Assembly (NCBI RefSeq): GCF_036365525.1
Contig: NC_090383.1
Span: forward strand, 92,632,164 to 92,696,163
DNA from: Heterodontus francisci
Lineage: Eukaryota
Reading direction: 5' to 3'
Length of the DNA: 64,000 nucleotides
Both the position numbers and the translations under genes were made by a program. Below the pieces are notes generated by a model. That model did not search any database. It was not told the origin of the DNA and saw nothing but the letters and a program-made list of their open reading frames with translations. Numbering within the stretch: the first letter of the stretch is position 1; the number at the start of each line of letters is the position of its first letter. Below are positions 11,626 to 25,289 of the stretch, piece after piece.

Positions 11626-12434
11626 TAGAAACCAGGTTTATCAAATAAGGGCTCATCTAGCCCCACTAAGCAGGTGGGTAAAGAACAGTATGTTACATCC
11701 CCTAGGGTTGCTTTCTATTGTGCAGAAATATTCTCTTCACCGGAGAATATCATTTGCGTTCACACTAATTGTCGCGTAGCATCTGAATCGCTAATCATTC
11801 ATTACAGAGTAATGAGTACTCCTTAAACCAAACACTAATTTATACAATGCCTGCAGTGCCAACACATTATTAGTATGTGCAGTCTGAATCCATTACTATA
11901 TTTTAATCTATTTCCACTCTTCCACCCTATTGTGTTCCCAATGCCATGGAGGCTGTTTATGCCACCTTTGTTACTTCAGTCAACATAAGGCCTGGGTTAC
12001 TTATAGAAATAAAGGCTAAATATTTGATGAACAATGAATTAAAACTACCATCTCCACTCTTATTTGATATTATGCACAGGAGTCTGTTGTTATTTCCATG
12101 CAATAAAAGGTGTCTAGAGGACTTTGAATGGCCTTCTGATATTAAGCTTTGTAATAAATAACCTACCAGAAAAAAATGGATTGGCAAACCCATTCAAAGA
12201 GGCCACATTAATGGTTTCTGTAGCAAATGTCACTTTGGTGTAATAGGCAAAAAATAAGCAAGATGCCACGGAAATTGCATCAAGATTTGCAAATTAATAG
12301 ACCAAGATCCACCTACTTTGTCTTGTACCATCTCATTCTAGTCTAAGATCGCGGAACCTGTATTCTGTATCTGGACAAAATATGCCTGACCTAATAGACC
12401 CAGCTTGAAATTAAAAATGGTCCTTTTGTGATTT

Positions 12435-12800
12435 TATAGCTCAGTTGGTAAATATGCAGTCCTGTGTAGTATGGGGTTGATTCTTTAGTCTGTTCTGCAT
12501 TAGCTGGTCTCACCTCAAGTGGCAGTGGATGTGCTATACTTAGCCTCCAGTTCACTGCACTAGGGAAAGGGGGGGAAAAAAATCAGCCAAGGTTCCTGGT
12601 TTTGATCCTTATCTGGTGACTTCTGCTATAAAGCACCCATGTGTAGGCAATGGGTGATGACAAGATTGGGCTCAACTGTGACGCCTTATGTGGCAGCCAC
12701 AGCTGTCTGGGTTGAAAGTTTATGAATGCCCACTTAGGCAAGGCACTAGAAAGTAGGTAGTGCATGCAAGCTACATTTCAGCATAAATTAACACCTACAG
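12435..12800 (+). mobile_element. Ancient tRNA-like SINE, unnamed family
   Basis: A-box-like TAGCTCAGTTGG; body motif CTAGGGAA(A)GGGG..AAAATCAG also at ~35650-35900, partly at ~14200 and ~63715. Confidence 0.5.
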
Positions 12801-12900
12801 GAGAGGTGAGAAAACTGCAAGGATCAACAAAATAAAATTTGAAATTTGATATTCAAAGAAGTAAACTGGACTCGAGGTAACTGGTAATGACCAAAGGTTA

Positions 12901-13204
12901 ATTATTTATTTATTTAGAGATACAGCACTGAAACAGGCCCTTCGGCCCACCGAGTCTATGCCGACCAACAAACACCCATTTTTACTAATCCCATATTCCC
13001 TATCACCTACCTACACTAGGGGCAATTTACAACGACCAATTTACCTATCACCTGCAAGTCTTTTGGCTGTGGGAGGAAACCGGAGCACCCGGGGAAAACC
13101 CACGCAGACACAGGGAGGACTGGCAAACTCCGCACAGGCAGTACCCAGAATCGAACCCGGGTCCCTGTAGCTGTGATGCTGCGGTGCTAACCACTGCTCC
13201 GCCC
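12901..13204 (-). mobile_element. HE1-type V-SINE
   Basis: tRNA head (GCAGTGGTTAGCAC, GGTTCGATTC), V-domain GTCTGCGTGGGTTTTCCCCGGGTGCTCCGGTTTCCTCCCAC, CR1-like tail, (TAAA)n. Confidence 0.9.
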
Positions 13205-13605
13205 ATGGGTTCAAGTTCCACTCCAGAATTGTACACACAATCCAGAAAGAAACTCCAGTGCTACACTGACGGAATTAGCAACTTTTGGATGAAACGTCAA
13301 ACCAAGATCTCGTCTACCCTCTCAAAGTGGACATAAAAGATCGCATGGCACTATTCGAAGAGGAGCAGGGAAGTTCTTCCCGGTGTCCTGGTCAATATTT
13401 ATCCATCGACCAACATCACGAAAAAATATTATTTGGTAATTTATTACATTGTTGCTTGTGGGAGCTTGCTGTGCAAATTGGCTGCCATGTTGTTCTACAT
13501 TACAACAGTGATTGCACTTTAAAAGATTGCACTTCATTGGCTGTAATGCACTTTGGGGCATTCTGCAATCATGAAAAGCACTACAGAAATGCAAGTTCTT
13601 TATTC
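13205..13605 (+). mobile_element. Deu-domain SINE (SacSINE1-like)
   Basis: GGTTCAAGT B-box; Deu core AAAAGATC.CATGGCACTATTCGAAG..CGGTGTCCTGG.CAATATTTATCC; L2-like tail. Confidence 0.85.
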
Positions 13606-14449
13606 TTTCATGGCCTCTGTGATTTTCAGTAACTAATCTTTTGCTATCAGCCTGTCCACAGGCAAAAAGCACATACTTTGTTATGGTTAACTTTGGAAGG
13701 AAGGAAGAAGCAGCTGTTTTCACTCTGTAAATCAGCTCCAAACATCCACACTGCCCAAACCAATTTGAGAACAGTGAGTGTGAATGAGTCTGATCATCTG
13801 ATTTTAGTTTTCATACCTACAAGTCTAGGTTACTTAACTCTCAGAAGATTGGGTACAAACATGCATTACTCAAGCAAATGCCAACTATTGATGGGCACAT
13901 CCAGGATACAAAATATCAAGCAGTAACAGGCATTCTGACAGCAAAGCACTCTCAAGTCACTGTAATCCTAGATTACCTCCTACTAATTTTCTCCCCTTAT
14001 GTCTGCAGGCAAGTACTCTGGCAGCCTTTCAGTGCCTTGTCCAAGTGGCAAGATGTGTGACCTGACAGAGTGATTGCTGCTGTCAATATGGGGCCTTTCT
14101 CCCCTGTGGATCAAACAAAATTAAGCAAGAGTGATGTCCTACTCTGCTGATTTAACTGATCACAGTAGCAGCATAACAATTAGCCTCAGCACCTGCACTA
14201 GGAAGGGAAAAAAAAACAAATGAACTCTGGTGGAATTGGGTGTGTACAGACATCTGGTGGATGTTGGACCATATTATGATCAAGATTAGTTGTTATACTG
14301 CAATATATTCCTATGTTATGAGCATGGCCAATGTGTGATATCATTAAACATATGATCCGACCATATTGGTGTCTGTCTTTCTTTACAGGTTCCTCCCAAT
14401 ATATAAAAGCATACCCATAACACAGGAATGCATTAAAAATACATCTCAT

Positions 14450-15375
14450 AGGAACATAAGAATTGTTCGCTGAAGAAAGATAAAAATCCATCTAGTTCAC
14501 CTTCTACCGCCCCAGTAGTCTCATGACACAATGATAATGGATTTATTGACTAATTATAGCAATCAGTCTCCATCAATTAGTCAACAACAGATCCAGATAT
14601 CAGATGAGGAAATCCCCAGTGGTGGAAAGGTTGGGAACCATAGGTTCAAAGTAATCTGTTCCTCCCAAGCATGCTACACTTACCACATGCCATGTCTCAA
14701 ATTACTCACATACTATTTTCTAAAAGAAAACTGTCTAATTTGCATTTGAATGAATCAATAACCAGCTTCCACCGTCTCCCAGAGGTATATGTCCCATAGA
14801 TTTACCGTTGACTCAATGAAATAATATTTAGAATTTAACTCCCTTCAAGCACAAGCTATGTCCCCTGGTCCTTCTGTTCTGGACAAAGTGAAACAGCTTG
14901 TCATGACATTATCTAATCCCTTTATTATCCTACAACAGCAATCATATCACCTCCCAACCTTTTTACTTCCAGTGACAACATGCTCAATTTACATACTTGT
15001 TCCTTATAGTCTATCCATGCAATCATTCTGGTTGCTTTCTTCTGTTGAAATACCCTTTCTGTGCTGAGGTGACCTAAACTGTACAGGCATTTTCTAAGTA
15101 TGGTCACACCAATGATTTATAACGTGGCTAGTTAACCTCCCTATTTCAGATCAACATTGACCTTTTAAGACATCCCAACATCTGATTTCCTTTACTCGCT
15201 AATACCAAGCATTATTGCAATAGCTTCAATTTATTGTCAATCAGGACAACCACCATCCCTCACATCCCCGCCCCAGATCTTTTACATCTTCCATGCAATT
15301 ATTATTTTCTTTACATTTAAGTAATAGCCCCTTCCTGTATTTTTTGTTTCCATGTGAAGTACTTTGCAGGGTTGA
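14450..15375 (-). mobile_element. Old CR1 LINE 3' fragment
   Basis: CATAGGAACATAAG tail; degenerate RT C-terminal motifs on minus strand (LSLEVKRLGGDMI). Confidence 0.6.
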
Positions 15376-16159
15376 ACAGCAGCCAATGTGCACTGAATAG
15401 ACCTGCACATGAAGAATGCCTCATGGGACAGACGGCGACATCATGTGCACTTATCAGTAGCCTCTATTTTTACTTCAGATTTCCTGCATCTGTATTTTTT
15501 CTTTTTATCTTGAGCATCATTACCTTCTGATCAAGCTGTATAACACACATTAATTCCTTTAGCTCCTGGCCACAGAAAAAAATAACTTTAATGGAACTGT
15601 CAGATGCAATAGGAGAATGAAATGAAAGCGATAGCTGAAAGAGTATGTTTGAAATTGAATACTCAAACCAATTATTTAGAGAATGGAAAACTATTGTGGG
15701 CTCCCTTTGTGCCACATGGGTTCATGGTCTGACTTCACACAGTGTCAACTGTGACATGGTATTTCTTTGTAACCCTTTGTAACATGAAACAGAAGGTATC
15801 CTCTCGATCTGTTCAATGACTCCTCTCCCATTTCCAAGATTGAAACTAATTAACATTAATTAGCACTTGCATCTGAGATGCTTTAGATGGAACTGCTGCA
15901 GCAGGTGCTCAACTCAATTTACACCAGTCACGTTATCCTGATTGTAACCATCAACTGAAAAAAACACCAACCCAGCACTGCCAGTGCAAATCTATACATC
16001 TTCACAACGGCATCTTTGAAGTGCTAAAATATGTTTCAGTTTCACAGTATCTCACGCTACTTTGACTGTAGTTTAAACAATTTCAATATTTGGAAACAAT
16101 ATACATAGAAAGAAAGACTTACATTTATATAGTGCCTATCACAACCTCAGAAGATGCCA

Positions 16160-17166
16160 ATTTTTTTCTAAACATATACTTTAGTCAAAAAAATGGAAAA
16201 AGACATTACATAACAGTTCAAATTTGACATTACATTAAGTGCAATACAGATCAATTTCTTTCAATTCAGTATGTGGCCCTCTGAGGTGCCTCACTACACT
16301 TATAATTACAGGTTATATTTGCAATGTACATTTCATGTCAAACATACAGCCCGAGGGGTTTTACACAGGTTCCAGCCCCTCTGCATACTATGGCGGGAGG
16401 ACCTTAGACAGTGGCCTGTCCCCCACTGCATCTTTGCGGCAGCTGCCCCAAACTTTATTGCGTTCCTCAGCATGTAGTCCTGGATCTTGCGGAGTGCTAG
16501 TCTGCAACATTTGGTCATTGACAACTCTTTGCACTGGAAGACCAGTAAGTTTCGGGCAGACCAAGAGGTCTTTCACAAGTTGATCGTCCTCCAGCAGCAG
16601 CTGATGTTTATCTCGGTGTCTGTCCCTGGGAACAGCCCGTGGAGCACAGACTCCTGTGTTACGGAGCTGCTCCGGATGAACCTCGACAAAAACCACTGCA
16701 TCTCTTTCCAGACCTTCTTTGCAAAGGCACATTCCAGAAGGAGGTGGGCAACAGTCTCTTCCCCACCGCAGCCACCTCGAGGGCAGCATGCAGAGGCAGT
16801 GAGACTGTGGGCATGTAAGAAGGATCTGATGGGGAGGGCCCTTCTCACTGCCAGCCAAGCTACATCATGGTGCTTATTTGTAAGTTCTGGTGATGGAAGA
16901 ACTTGGCCAAATGACTTTGACGTTCTGCTTGGGGAACCATCCGACAGGATCCACCATCTCCTTTTCCCACAGGGCCTTGAGGACGTTATGTGTGGACCAC
17001 TGCTCGATGGACTTGTGGTCAAAGGTGTTTTTCCGCACAAACTTTTCCACAAGGAACATGTGATATGGTACGATCCAACTGAATGGAGCATTCCGTGACA
17101 ACATGGCCAGACACATCCTTCGCAACAATGGGGACAAATGGAACCTGAACACGTAGTGAAACTTGT
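16160..17166 (-). mobile_element. Tx1/L1-clade LINE 3' fragment
   Basis: ORF 16573-17244 has WLAVRRALPIR..CPRGGCGGEETVAHLLLEC (zf-RVT); homologous to 9116-9724; poly(T) at 16160. Confidence 0.9.
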
Positions 17167-17786
17167 GGCTCGATTTTTAAAGCCCATTGAGTGCAGGTAT
17201 GGAGGTGAACGTGATTTAAAGATCACTTTCTCGGAGGTTGGCACTGTAAACTGCCGCCTCCAGAACGTGATGCTATTCTTAAAGGGACACCAGGAGGTAG
17301 GGAACAGCCCAGGTGCACGCCTCCAATTAATTGCTTGAAGAGCTCATTAACAAGCTTGTCAGCAGCAGTTTTGAATTTTCAAAGGTGGAGAACGTGGAGG
17401 ATGCCATGTGGGGAACATGACAGGGTGTTCAAGTCGTGAACACAATGGGGGACCATGAGGGCTGTGGGAAGGGCTGATTAAAATACTACAGACGCCCCCC
17501 CAAAAAAAGCTCAGCTGCTTCAAATGTGCCACAGAGTAGCCATTGCTGCAGAAATCAAGAGAGGGATGTGAGGCCACTGGCATCACTTGGGGATGTTGGG
17601 GTGGTAGGGGAAGGGCTGGTGAACACACAAAACCCAGCTGAGGGATTTCAGAGGGGAACAGGCTACTCTAACATTGCATGGAGCAGCTAGGATGAGCTTC
17701 AGCAGATGCAACCTCCTGGACAGCAAGAGGTCAGATAAGCACAGTGGGGGACCACAAGGGAAGGAAGGCGCTACCCAAGATATCGG

Positions 17787-18070
17787 ATGCACAGCCCAAG
17801 AGTCAGCTACCTGCAAATGACAGAGCGCCAGTGCCATAGGAGGCTGCACCTATCCAGGCAGATGGTCTCAGTCCTGTGTGCTCTGATCCACAATGACCTG
17901 AGGCCTCACAGCCCCCATGGCAGTCCACTACCTGCAGCCATCAAGGTTAACACCCCCCTGAATTTCTATGCAACCAGGTTGTTCCAGGGATCAGCTATGG
18001 ACCTAGGTGGCATTTCTCAGGTGGCAGCTCATCAGGCCTTCAAGTAGATGACGAATGCCTTTTCAGGAGG
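17787..18070 (+). pseudogene. Harbinger (HARBI1-family) transposase N-terminal remnant
   Basis: YLQMTERQCHRRLHLSR..LPAAIKVNTPLNFYAT..FQG..DLGGISQ..AH is the typical HARBI1-like N-terminus; stop at 18047. Confidence 0.8.
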
Positions 18071-18590
18071 GCAGGGGGCTACATCCACTTTGACACAGAA
18101 GGAGCTGCAGCCTGTTGTTTCAGGTAAGAGAGACCGAAGGCAGCTCCAAATTGAGGCGCTCTTTCAGCACTTTCAAAACTTTGGATTTAAAAAATGGCCA
18201 CAGCTGCCAGACCACCATTATGGAGGGGAGAACCACTCCCAAGGAGCCTAAGGCCGCAGCTGGAGTTAGGTAGGCAGGGAGGGTCTCAACGCCTGCCTGG
18301 AGCACAGGCCTCTTGGTCTGCTGCCAGGAAGTCACCTCCAGGCAGTTGGCCTGTTCTGGACGCGGCAGGGGAGCCCACAGGATTACTGGAAAATTCCAGT
18401 CGCCCTCTGATAATTGGCCTTCAACTTACCTTAATTGGCTACCTGCCACTTGTGGATGGGTAGCCCATCCGCCCCCAATCCCCCCTCCAGGAAAATTGCC
18501 CAGCAGTAGGCGGGATGCTGCTGGCAAACTGGCATGTTGGCTGGTGGTGTGAAATTACGCACCTGCCAGCCTCTGTTCTCGCCCCCATTT

Positions 18591-20731
18591 CAGAGCTAAG
18601 CTATCCCATAACCAACAGATCAGATCTAAGCTCTGCAATCCTGCCACATCCAGTCGTGAATAGTGGTGGACAATTAAACAACTAACTGGAGGTGGCTCCA
18701 CAAATATCCCCATCCTCAATGATGGGGGAGCCCAGCACATCAGTGCGAAAGATAAGGCTGAAGCATTGCAACAATCTTCAGCTAGAAGTGCCGAGTTGAT
18801 GATCCATCTTGGCCTCCTCCTGAAGTCCCCAGCATCACAGATGTCAGTCTTCAGCCAATTCAATTTACTCCACGTGATATTAAGAAACGACTGAAGGCAA
18901 TGGATACTGCAAAGGCTATGGCCCCTGACAATATTCCGGCAATAGTATTGAAGACCTGTGCTCCAGAACTTGCCGTGCCGCTAGCCAAGCTGTTCCAGTA
19001 CAGCTACTACACTGGATCTGCTGAGCAATGTGGAAAATTGCCCAGGTATGTCCTGTACACAAAAAGCAGGACAAATCCAACCTGGTCAATTAGAATTAGA
19101 ATTTTTTTTTTTAGAATTAGAACATTACAGCGCAGTACAGGCCCTTCGGCCCTCGATGTTGCGCCGACCTATGAAACCATCTGACCTACACTATTCCATT
19201 TTCATCCATATGTCTGTCCAATGACCACCCCATCAGTCTATTCTCAATCATCAGTAAAGTGATGGAAGGTATCGTCGACAGTGCTATCAAGCGGCATTTG
19301 CTTAGCAATAACCTGCTCACTGATACTCAGTTTGGGTTCCGCCAGGGCCACTCAGCTCCTGACCTCATTACAGCCTTGGTTCAAAGATGGACAAAAGAGC
19401 CGAATTCCAGAAGTGAGGTGAAAGTGACTGCCCTTCACATCAAGGCAGCATTTGACTGAGTATGGCATCAAGGAGCCCTAGCAAAACTGGAGTCAATGGG
19501 AATCAGGGGGAAAACTCTCCACTGGTTGGAGTCATACCTAGCGCGAAGTGGCAGGTAGCCAATTAAGGTAAGTCGAAGGCCAATTAAGACCAATTATCAG
19601 AGGGCGACTGGAATTTTCCAGTAATCCTGTGGGCTCCCCTGCAGCGTCCAGAACAAGCCAACTGCCTGGAGGTGGCTTCCTGGCAGCAGTTGTGGTTGTT
19701 GGAGGTCAATCATCTCAGCTCCAGGACATCACTGCAGGAGTTCCTCAGGGTAGTGTCCTAGGCCCAATCATCTTCAGCTGCATCATCAATGACCTTCCTT
19801 CAATCATAAGGTCAGAAGTAGGGATGTTCGTTGATGATTGCACAACGTTCAGCACCATTCGTGACTCCTCAGATACTGAAGCAGTTTGTGTAGAAATGCA
19901 GAAAGACCTAGACAATATCCAGGCTTGGGCTGATGAGTGGTAAGTAACATTTGCGCCACACAAGTGACAGGCAATGACCATCTCAAACAAGAGAGAATCT
20001 AACCATCTCCCCTAAATGTTCAATGGCATGACGATCACTGAATCCCCCACTATCAACATCCTGGGGGTTACCTTGCACCAGAAACTGAACTGGAGTAGCC
20101 ATATAAATACTGTGGCTGCAAGAGGAGGTCAGAGGCTAGGAATCCTGCAGTGAGTAACTCACCTCCTGACTCCCCAAAGCCTGCCCACCATCTACAAGGC
20201 ACAAGTCAGGAGTGTGATGGAATACTCTCCACTTGCCTGGATGAGTGCAGCTCCAACAACATTCATGAAGCTCGACACCATCCAGGACAAAGCAGCCCGC
20301 TTGATTGGCACCCCATCCACAAACATTCACTCTCTCCACCACTGACGTACAGTGGCAACAGTACGTGGCATCTACAAGATGCACCGCAGCAATGCATCAA
20401 AGCTCCTTAGACAGTACCTTCCAAACCCAAGACCTCTACCACCTAGAAGGACAAGGGCAGCAAATGCATGGGATCACCACCACCTGCAAGCTCCCCTCCA
20501 AGCCACATACCATCCTGACTTGGAACTATATCGCCATTCCTTTACTGTTGCTGAGTCAAAATCCTGGAACTCCCTTCCTAACAGCACTGTGGGTGTACCT
20601 ACCCCACATGGACTGCAGCAGTTCAAGGCAGCAGCTCACCACCACCTTCTCAAGGGCAATTAGGGATGGGCAATAAATGCTGGCCTAGCCAGCGACGCCC
20701 ACATACATACCCATGAACGAATATAAAAAAA
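18591..20731 (+). mobile_element. 5'-truncated CR1/L2-group LINE (partner of the tRNA-headed SINE)
   Basis: Disrupted RT: QFGFRQGHS, AAFD, GVPQGSVLGP, FVDD; C-terminus SWNSLP..FKAAAHHHLLKGN; shared 3' tail. Confidence 0.9.
19088..19228 (-). mobile_element. CR1/HER1 3' tail nested in LINE
   Basis: (TTAGAA)n tail, then ACAGGCCCTTCGGCCC; interrupts LINE RT. Confidence 0.75.
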
Positions 20732-21289
20732 GAGTGAAAATTCGGCCCCAAATTTCTTACATAAATCTGAACACAAAACACGTCAAAGCGACATTTCTCC
20801 TTGAATATATATTTGAAAACAAGCTTGATAAAGCTATTTCTACTTGTTTAGAGATGTGGGTTATGATGCTGTCAATCACATCACCGTTTCATCCCATGCG
20901 CAGGAGAACAAAGGACACACAGCTCTTCTCATACGACTACACTCAAAGAAAAGTTTGCCAAACACTTTTCCATGAAAAACAGTAGGAAAGGAGTACTTAA
21001 TTTTACATAGTATCTTTCACATCCTCAAAGCATTTTGAATTACACCCACAATGCCAGCACTATTGTTATGCATGTAAACATGGCAGCCAATTTATGCACA
21101 GCAAAGTAAATGACAAATGAGATAAATGACCAGAGATAATCCATCTTTGGTATGGGTAAGGGACATTGTCGAAAGACTGGAAAAGATTATGGAATGGGAT
21201 GGAGAGCAAGGCCATGTGGGAGTCAACAGTGAGGGAACAGAAAGACTTATGATCCTGCAAAAGGAGTTCAGGAAACTGGATAGCAAGTT

Positions 21290-21678
21290 TTTTCATGCGT
21301 TTCATGGGATGTGTGCCATCTCTACCCTTGAGAAAGTGGTGGTGAGCCGCCTTCTTGAACCGCTGCAGTCCTTCAACTTTTGTGTAGGGGTTTTGCACAA
21401 CTGAATGGCTTGCTGGGCCATTTCAGAGGGTAGTTAAGAGTCAACCCCATTGGTGTGGGTCTGGAGTCACATGTAGGCCAGACCAGGTAAGGACAGCGCA
21501 TTTCCTTCCCTAAAGGACATTAGTGAACCAGATGGGGTTTTTACAACAATCGACAGTAGTTTCATGGTCACCATTACTGAGACTGGCTTTCAATTTCAGA
21601 TTTAATCAATTAACTGAATTATTAATTAATTGAATTTAAATTCCACCAGCTGCCATGGTGGGATATGAACCCATGTCC
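21290..21678 (-). mobile_element. tRNA-headed SINE with longer LINE-derived tail
   Basis: Reverse complement matches SINE body; tail includes GGACTGCAGCGGTTCAAGAAGGCGGCTCACCACCAC (LINE ORF end, GLQRFKKAAHHH). Confidence 0.85.
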
Positions 21679-21679
21679 C

Positions 21680-22560
21680 CAGAGTAATAGCCTGGGTCTT
21701 TGAATTACTAGTCCAGTGACTACTACGTCACTATCTCTTAGGAGCAGGAAGTCAAGCGGCATCATCTCTGAATTACTCTACTAGAATAGTGAAGCATAGG
21801 AAGATTAGGGAACCCAACACATGGTTAAAGAGGTGGTGTCAGGAACTGGATTTGCACTTTATGAACCATTGGCACTAATTCATAGAAAGACAGGAGTTAA
21901 TCCACAAGCAAGGACTACATTTGAACAGGAAGGGAGCTAATGAATTGGCAAAATGTATATATAGGGAAGTGAAGAGTCATGCAAACTAGAAAGTGGGGGC
22001 AGGGAAGTAAAAACAATTAGAAATAAGGCAAAATAGATGAGGTTAATATTCAAAGGGAAAAGAAGTTGGCAAAAGGGGGAGCAAGCAGCATGAATAAAAA
22101 ATGAGGAAAATCAAATTGACCAGTTACAAGCAGGGAAAGGACTGAGATAATGGAACAAGGTGTAAGCTTGGTCAAAAATACAATCACAGAAAAAGTAGTA
22201 CCTTTAAAAAAAGAGCCAAAAAAGGATAAAATTCAAGTATTGCAATACTCAGAGTGAAAGAAATAAGCTGGGGGAATTAGAAATAATTATGTCACAGGTC
22301 AACATAGATTTAATTGCACTATTCAAAACTTGGCTGCTAAGTAACCAGGACTGAAAAATTTGCAAGGAGGGAAAAGGAGTGGCAATATTGGCGAAGAAGG
22401 GAATATATGTTGTAGAGAGACCGAGGCACATGAGAAAGAGGTTCAGATGGTGTCAATACCATTAGAAATTATTAAAAAGAATTGATAGACTCTACTAGAA
22501 ACCCCAAATTGCAGGCAGGAACAGAAGAGGAAGACTACTGCTGGTGTGAAGGATGAACTG
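21680..22560 (+). mobile_element. Degraded CR1 5' region (ORF1 esterase-like remnant and endonuclease start)
   Basis: Degenerate WLKRWC..F..HW..GLHLN.KG motif, then RNKLGELE; many stops. Confidence 0.55.
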
Positions 22561-23654
22561 GTTAGGTTGTACACTCTGACACCATATTGTAACTTTCATG
22601 TAATTCTTGACCTTGTATTTTGCTTCTTGTCCTGCACTCCGATGCTGTAGTTCATTAAAGGTCGCTATGTTACAAAAAGCACTGCACTCACACAAACACA
22701 TCTTGTCATTGTCTTGGATTGATTTCAACAGTAAATATATCAAAACTTGGCAGAGAAAACTGGAAAAGAAAAACAGCACACAAAAAAGTAAAACATTCAA
22801 ATCCCCTGTATCTTAACATAAGGATTTTATGTGAAGTGAGCTTGAACAGATTCAACCTTGTTCTGAGCGGGGACTGAATCACAGCACACAAAGACCAATA
22901 ATCGGGCGCTAAATTAGTTGACCCCACAATAATGGGGATCAACCCTGAAAATCGCACAGGTCCCACACAGGCTCCTCTAGGCTACAGCCGCGTGGGCCCT
23001 GCCCACTTCCCACCCATTTGATGCGAACAACGGAAAGTCTCCTCATTAAGTGTCATTTTTACAATCAGCATAGGTGGCACAGCTTACAAACCCATTAACA
23101 TAGCTGTTTTTTAATTTTGAAACACATACATCACAGGTACATTGGGCTGAATGGCCTCCATCTGTACTGCATCATTCTATGATCAAATTAGATTCCAAAA
23201 AAAACTAATCGATTTTGACATGTTGTTTGCCTGCTGAGTTTAGAGTTACTGTGGATTTGCCTCCACAGTATATTCAGTCAGCTGTTTGGGAACTTTGTGT
23301 TACTAAAAGGCTGATTAAACTTTGAACACGTATATATAAAAAGAAATCTAAGAATATATTTTAGTACAAAAGCAAAATACCACAGATGCTGGAAATCTGA
23401 AGTAAAAACAGAAAATGCTGGAAATACTATTATATTAGTTTAATTCAATAGAAATTATTTAAAATTTGGAAGGCACGAGCCTTGAGTGGAAAACTGAATT
23501 ATGGCTAAATTCCTGCTCGTCTAATTTGTCTACTTCATGGTTATTTGTGTAGAAACATCCTCGCCAGACCAGCATTCAAATCCATCATTTTAGCCAGTTA
23601 TTGGGAGACGAATCCAATTTAACCAAGGGCCCGGTGAATTAGAACTAACTATAC

Positions 23655-24654
23655 TGTCATGGAACCGTTTGTTTATCCTCTGTTTAAAACTGTGTGCCTT
23701 TAAGACTATGTTTAAAAACAGTGTGCCTTTAAAAACTAAGGGGGGGGGGGGCACAGTGTGCCAGCTGCACCTGTTCCTAGGCCACAGCAAGAGAGGGGTC
23801 ACAAAGTGTACTGTAACTTTTAAATGTGTGTAAAAACTGGCTAAAACCAGTTTGAATTGGAGACAAACTAAGCATGCTGTACACTGAAAAGAAGCTGTCT
23901 ATTTCTCAGCAGAGAAAACTTACATTGAGCTCAGACTGTGTTTGCCTAAGGAGAAACAAAACCCCTGAAAAAATAACAATTTGCATTACTGGAGATAGTA
24001 AGGTTCGTTTTACTTCGAAACGCTAACAAGTCTGCTACAGACGTAACTCTCTCTATTACCTATTTGTGTTTGCTGGAATTCTCGGTAAAAGTTTATCAAA
24101 AGACTGCCAATTTTAAAATCCAAGTAGACCTATTGCTGTGCTTCTCGTTGAAAGAACTGTGTGATACCTGCTCCAGCTGAAAGACTTTGAATGCCTATCT
24201 ATTAAAAAACTGTTTCATCAAATTCGCCTGGAGACTTCGAGTGGCATCTGGTTATTCTAATCTGGGACACCTCTTCAACCGGGAACGTAACTTATCAGGA
24301 CTTACATCACAGCTACTTATTTTATTCCTAAGAAACACTATTTTTAAAAACCAGTTAACCATTTTAAGTTTTTGAATGTATGTATGTGTGCATGGGAGGC
24401 TTAGGTTAAATAAGAAGTTATAAGGTCTTTAGACATAGGTTTAGCTTAATAGCTTTTAAGATTTAGTTTTTTTTTAATAAAGTTAATTTGTTGTTGTCTA
24501 AAGATACCTGGTTTTGTGTATTTTATTCTGAGGGTTAATAAAGTGTTTAATTTGGCTGCTTACCGGTTAGGTGGGAAAACCTTAATAATATGCTGCGACC
24601 TGTGGAGTGATGGGACTGAATTGACAGTGCATTGCTCCCGCCTTGGTCGTAACA
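23655..24654 (+). mobile_element. Solo LTR
   Basis: TG..CA ends (TGTCAT / GTAACA), 4-bp TSD ATAC, AATAAA near 3' end. Confidence 0.8.
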
Positions 24655-25289
24655 ATACCAAAAAAACTGTTGGTCTGAGCCTAAGTTTAGTTAGACCACA
24701 ATTTTAACATATACAAGATAGAACAAATAAAATTTAACTGATTATCAACATTATATTTGCAAAAAGTACTTTGTGTAATATTTTACTTTCGATTATAAAT
24801 AAATATGGTGATAATCTAACAAATCTTTTTTATATTGTTGAACGCTAACATTTTATAACAAATATTGTCAGCATTATCACTACATTGTATTGAAAAAGGA
24901 TCTTTGCAAACTGACCTTGCGAAAGGATGGCAATAACCAATAACAGCTATGTGGTTGTGAAATGGTACAATCCAAATCAGCATTCTATCATTAAGCTAAT
25001 GATGGCAGGACCCTATGTAAAAGGTCACGTGGGACAAAATGATTCCAGAAGCCCTACAATGATACATGCTAGATTGCACTGCCAATTTGGATCCTTGTGT
25101 ATAACCAGATGAAATGTGATAGCGAAGAAAAGGAGACAGGTTAAAGTAAACCATAAAAATCTTGTATTTCCCAAAAAAATGTTTTCAAAGTAATGTTTAT
25201 TATACTGCAAGTAAAGAAATAAAATTAAATTCACAATATAAATTTTAATCATAAAGACAATAATAATGAGACAAAATTAATTGTCACTT

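Larger units (their letters stand above)
17167..20748 (+). mobile_element. Decayed Harbinger DNA transposon with nested LINE
   Basis: Termini GGCTCGATTTT / AAAATTCGGCCC resemble the MITE TIRs; internal transposase remnant; TSD not recoverable. Confidence 0.55.

Noticed and set aside
16487-17098. 203-aa plus-strand ORF, and similar ORFs such as 42378-42881
   Set aside because: Antisense shadows of Tx1 and RTE coding sequence
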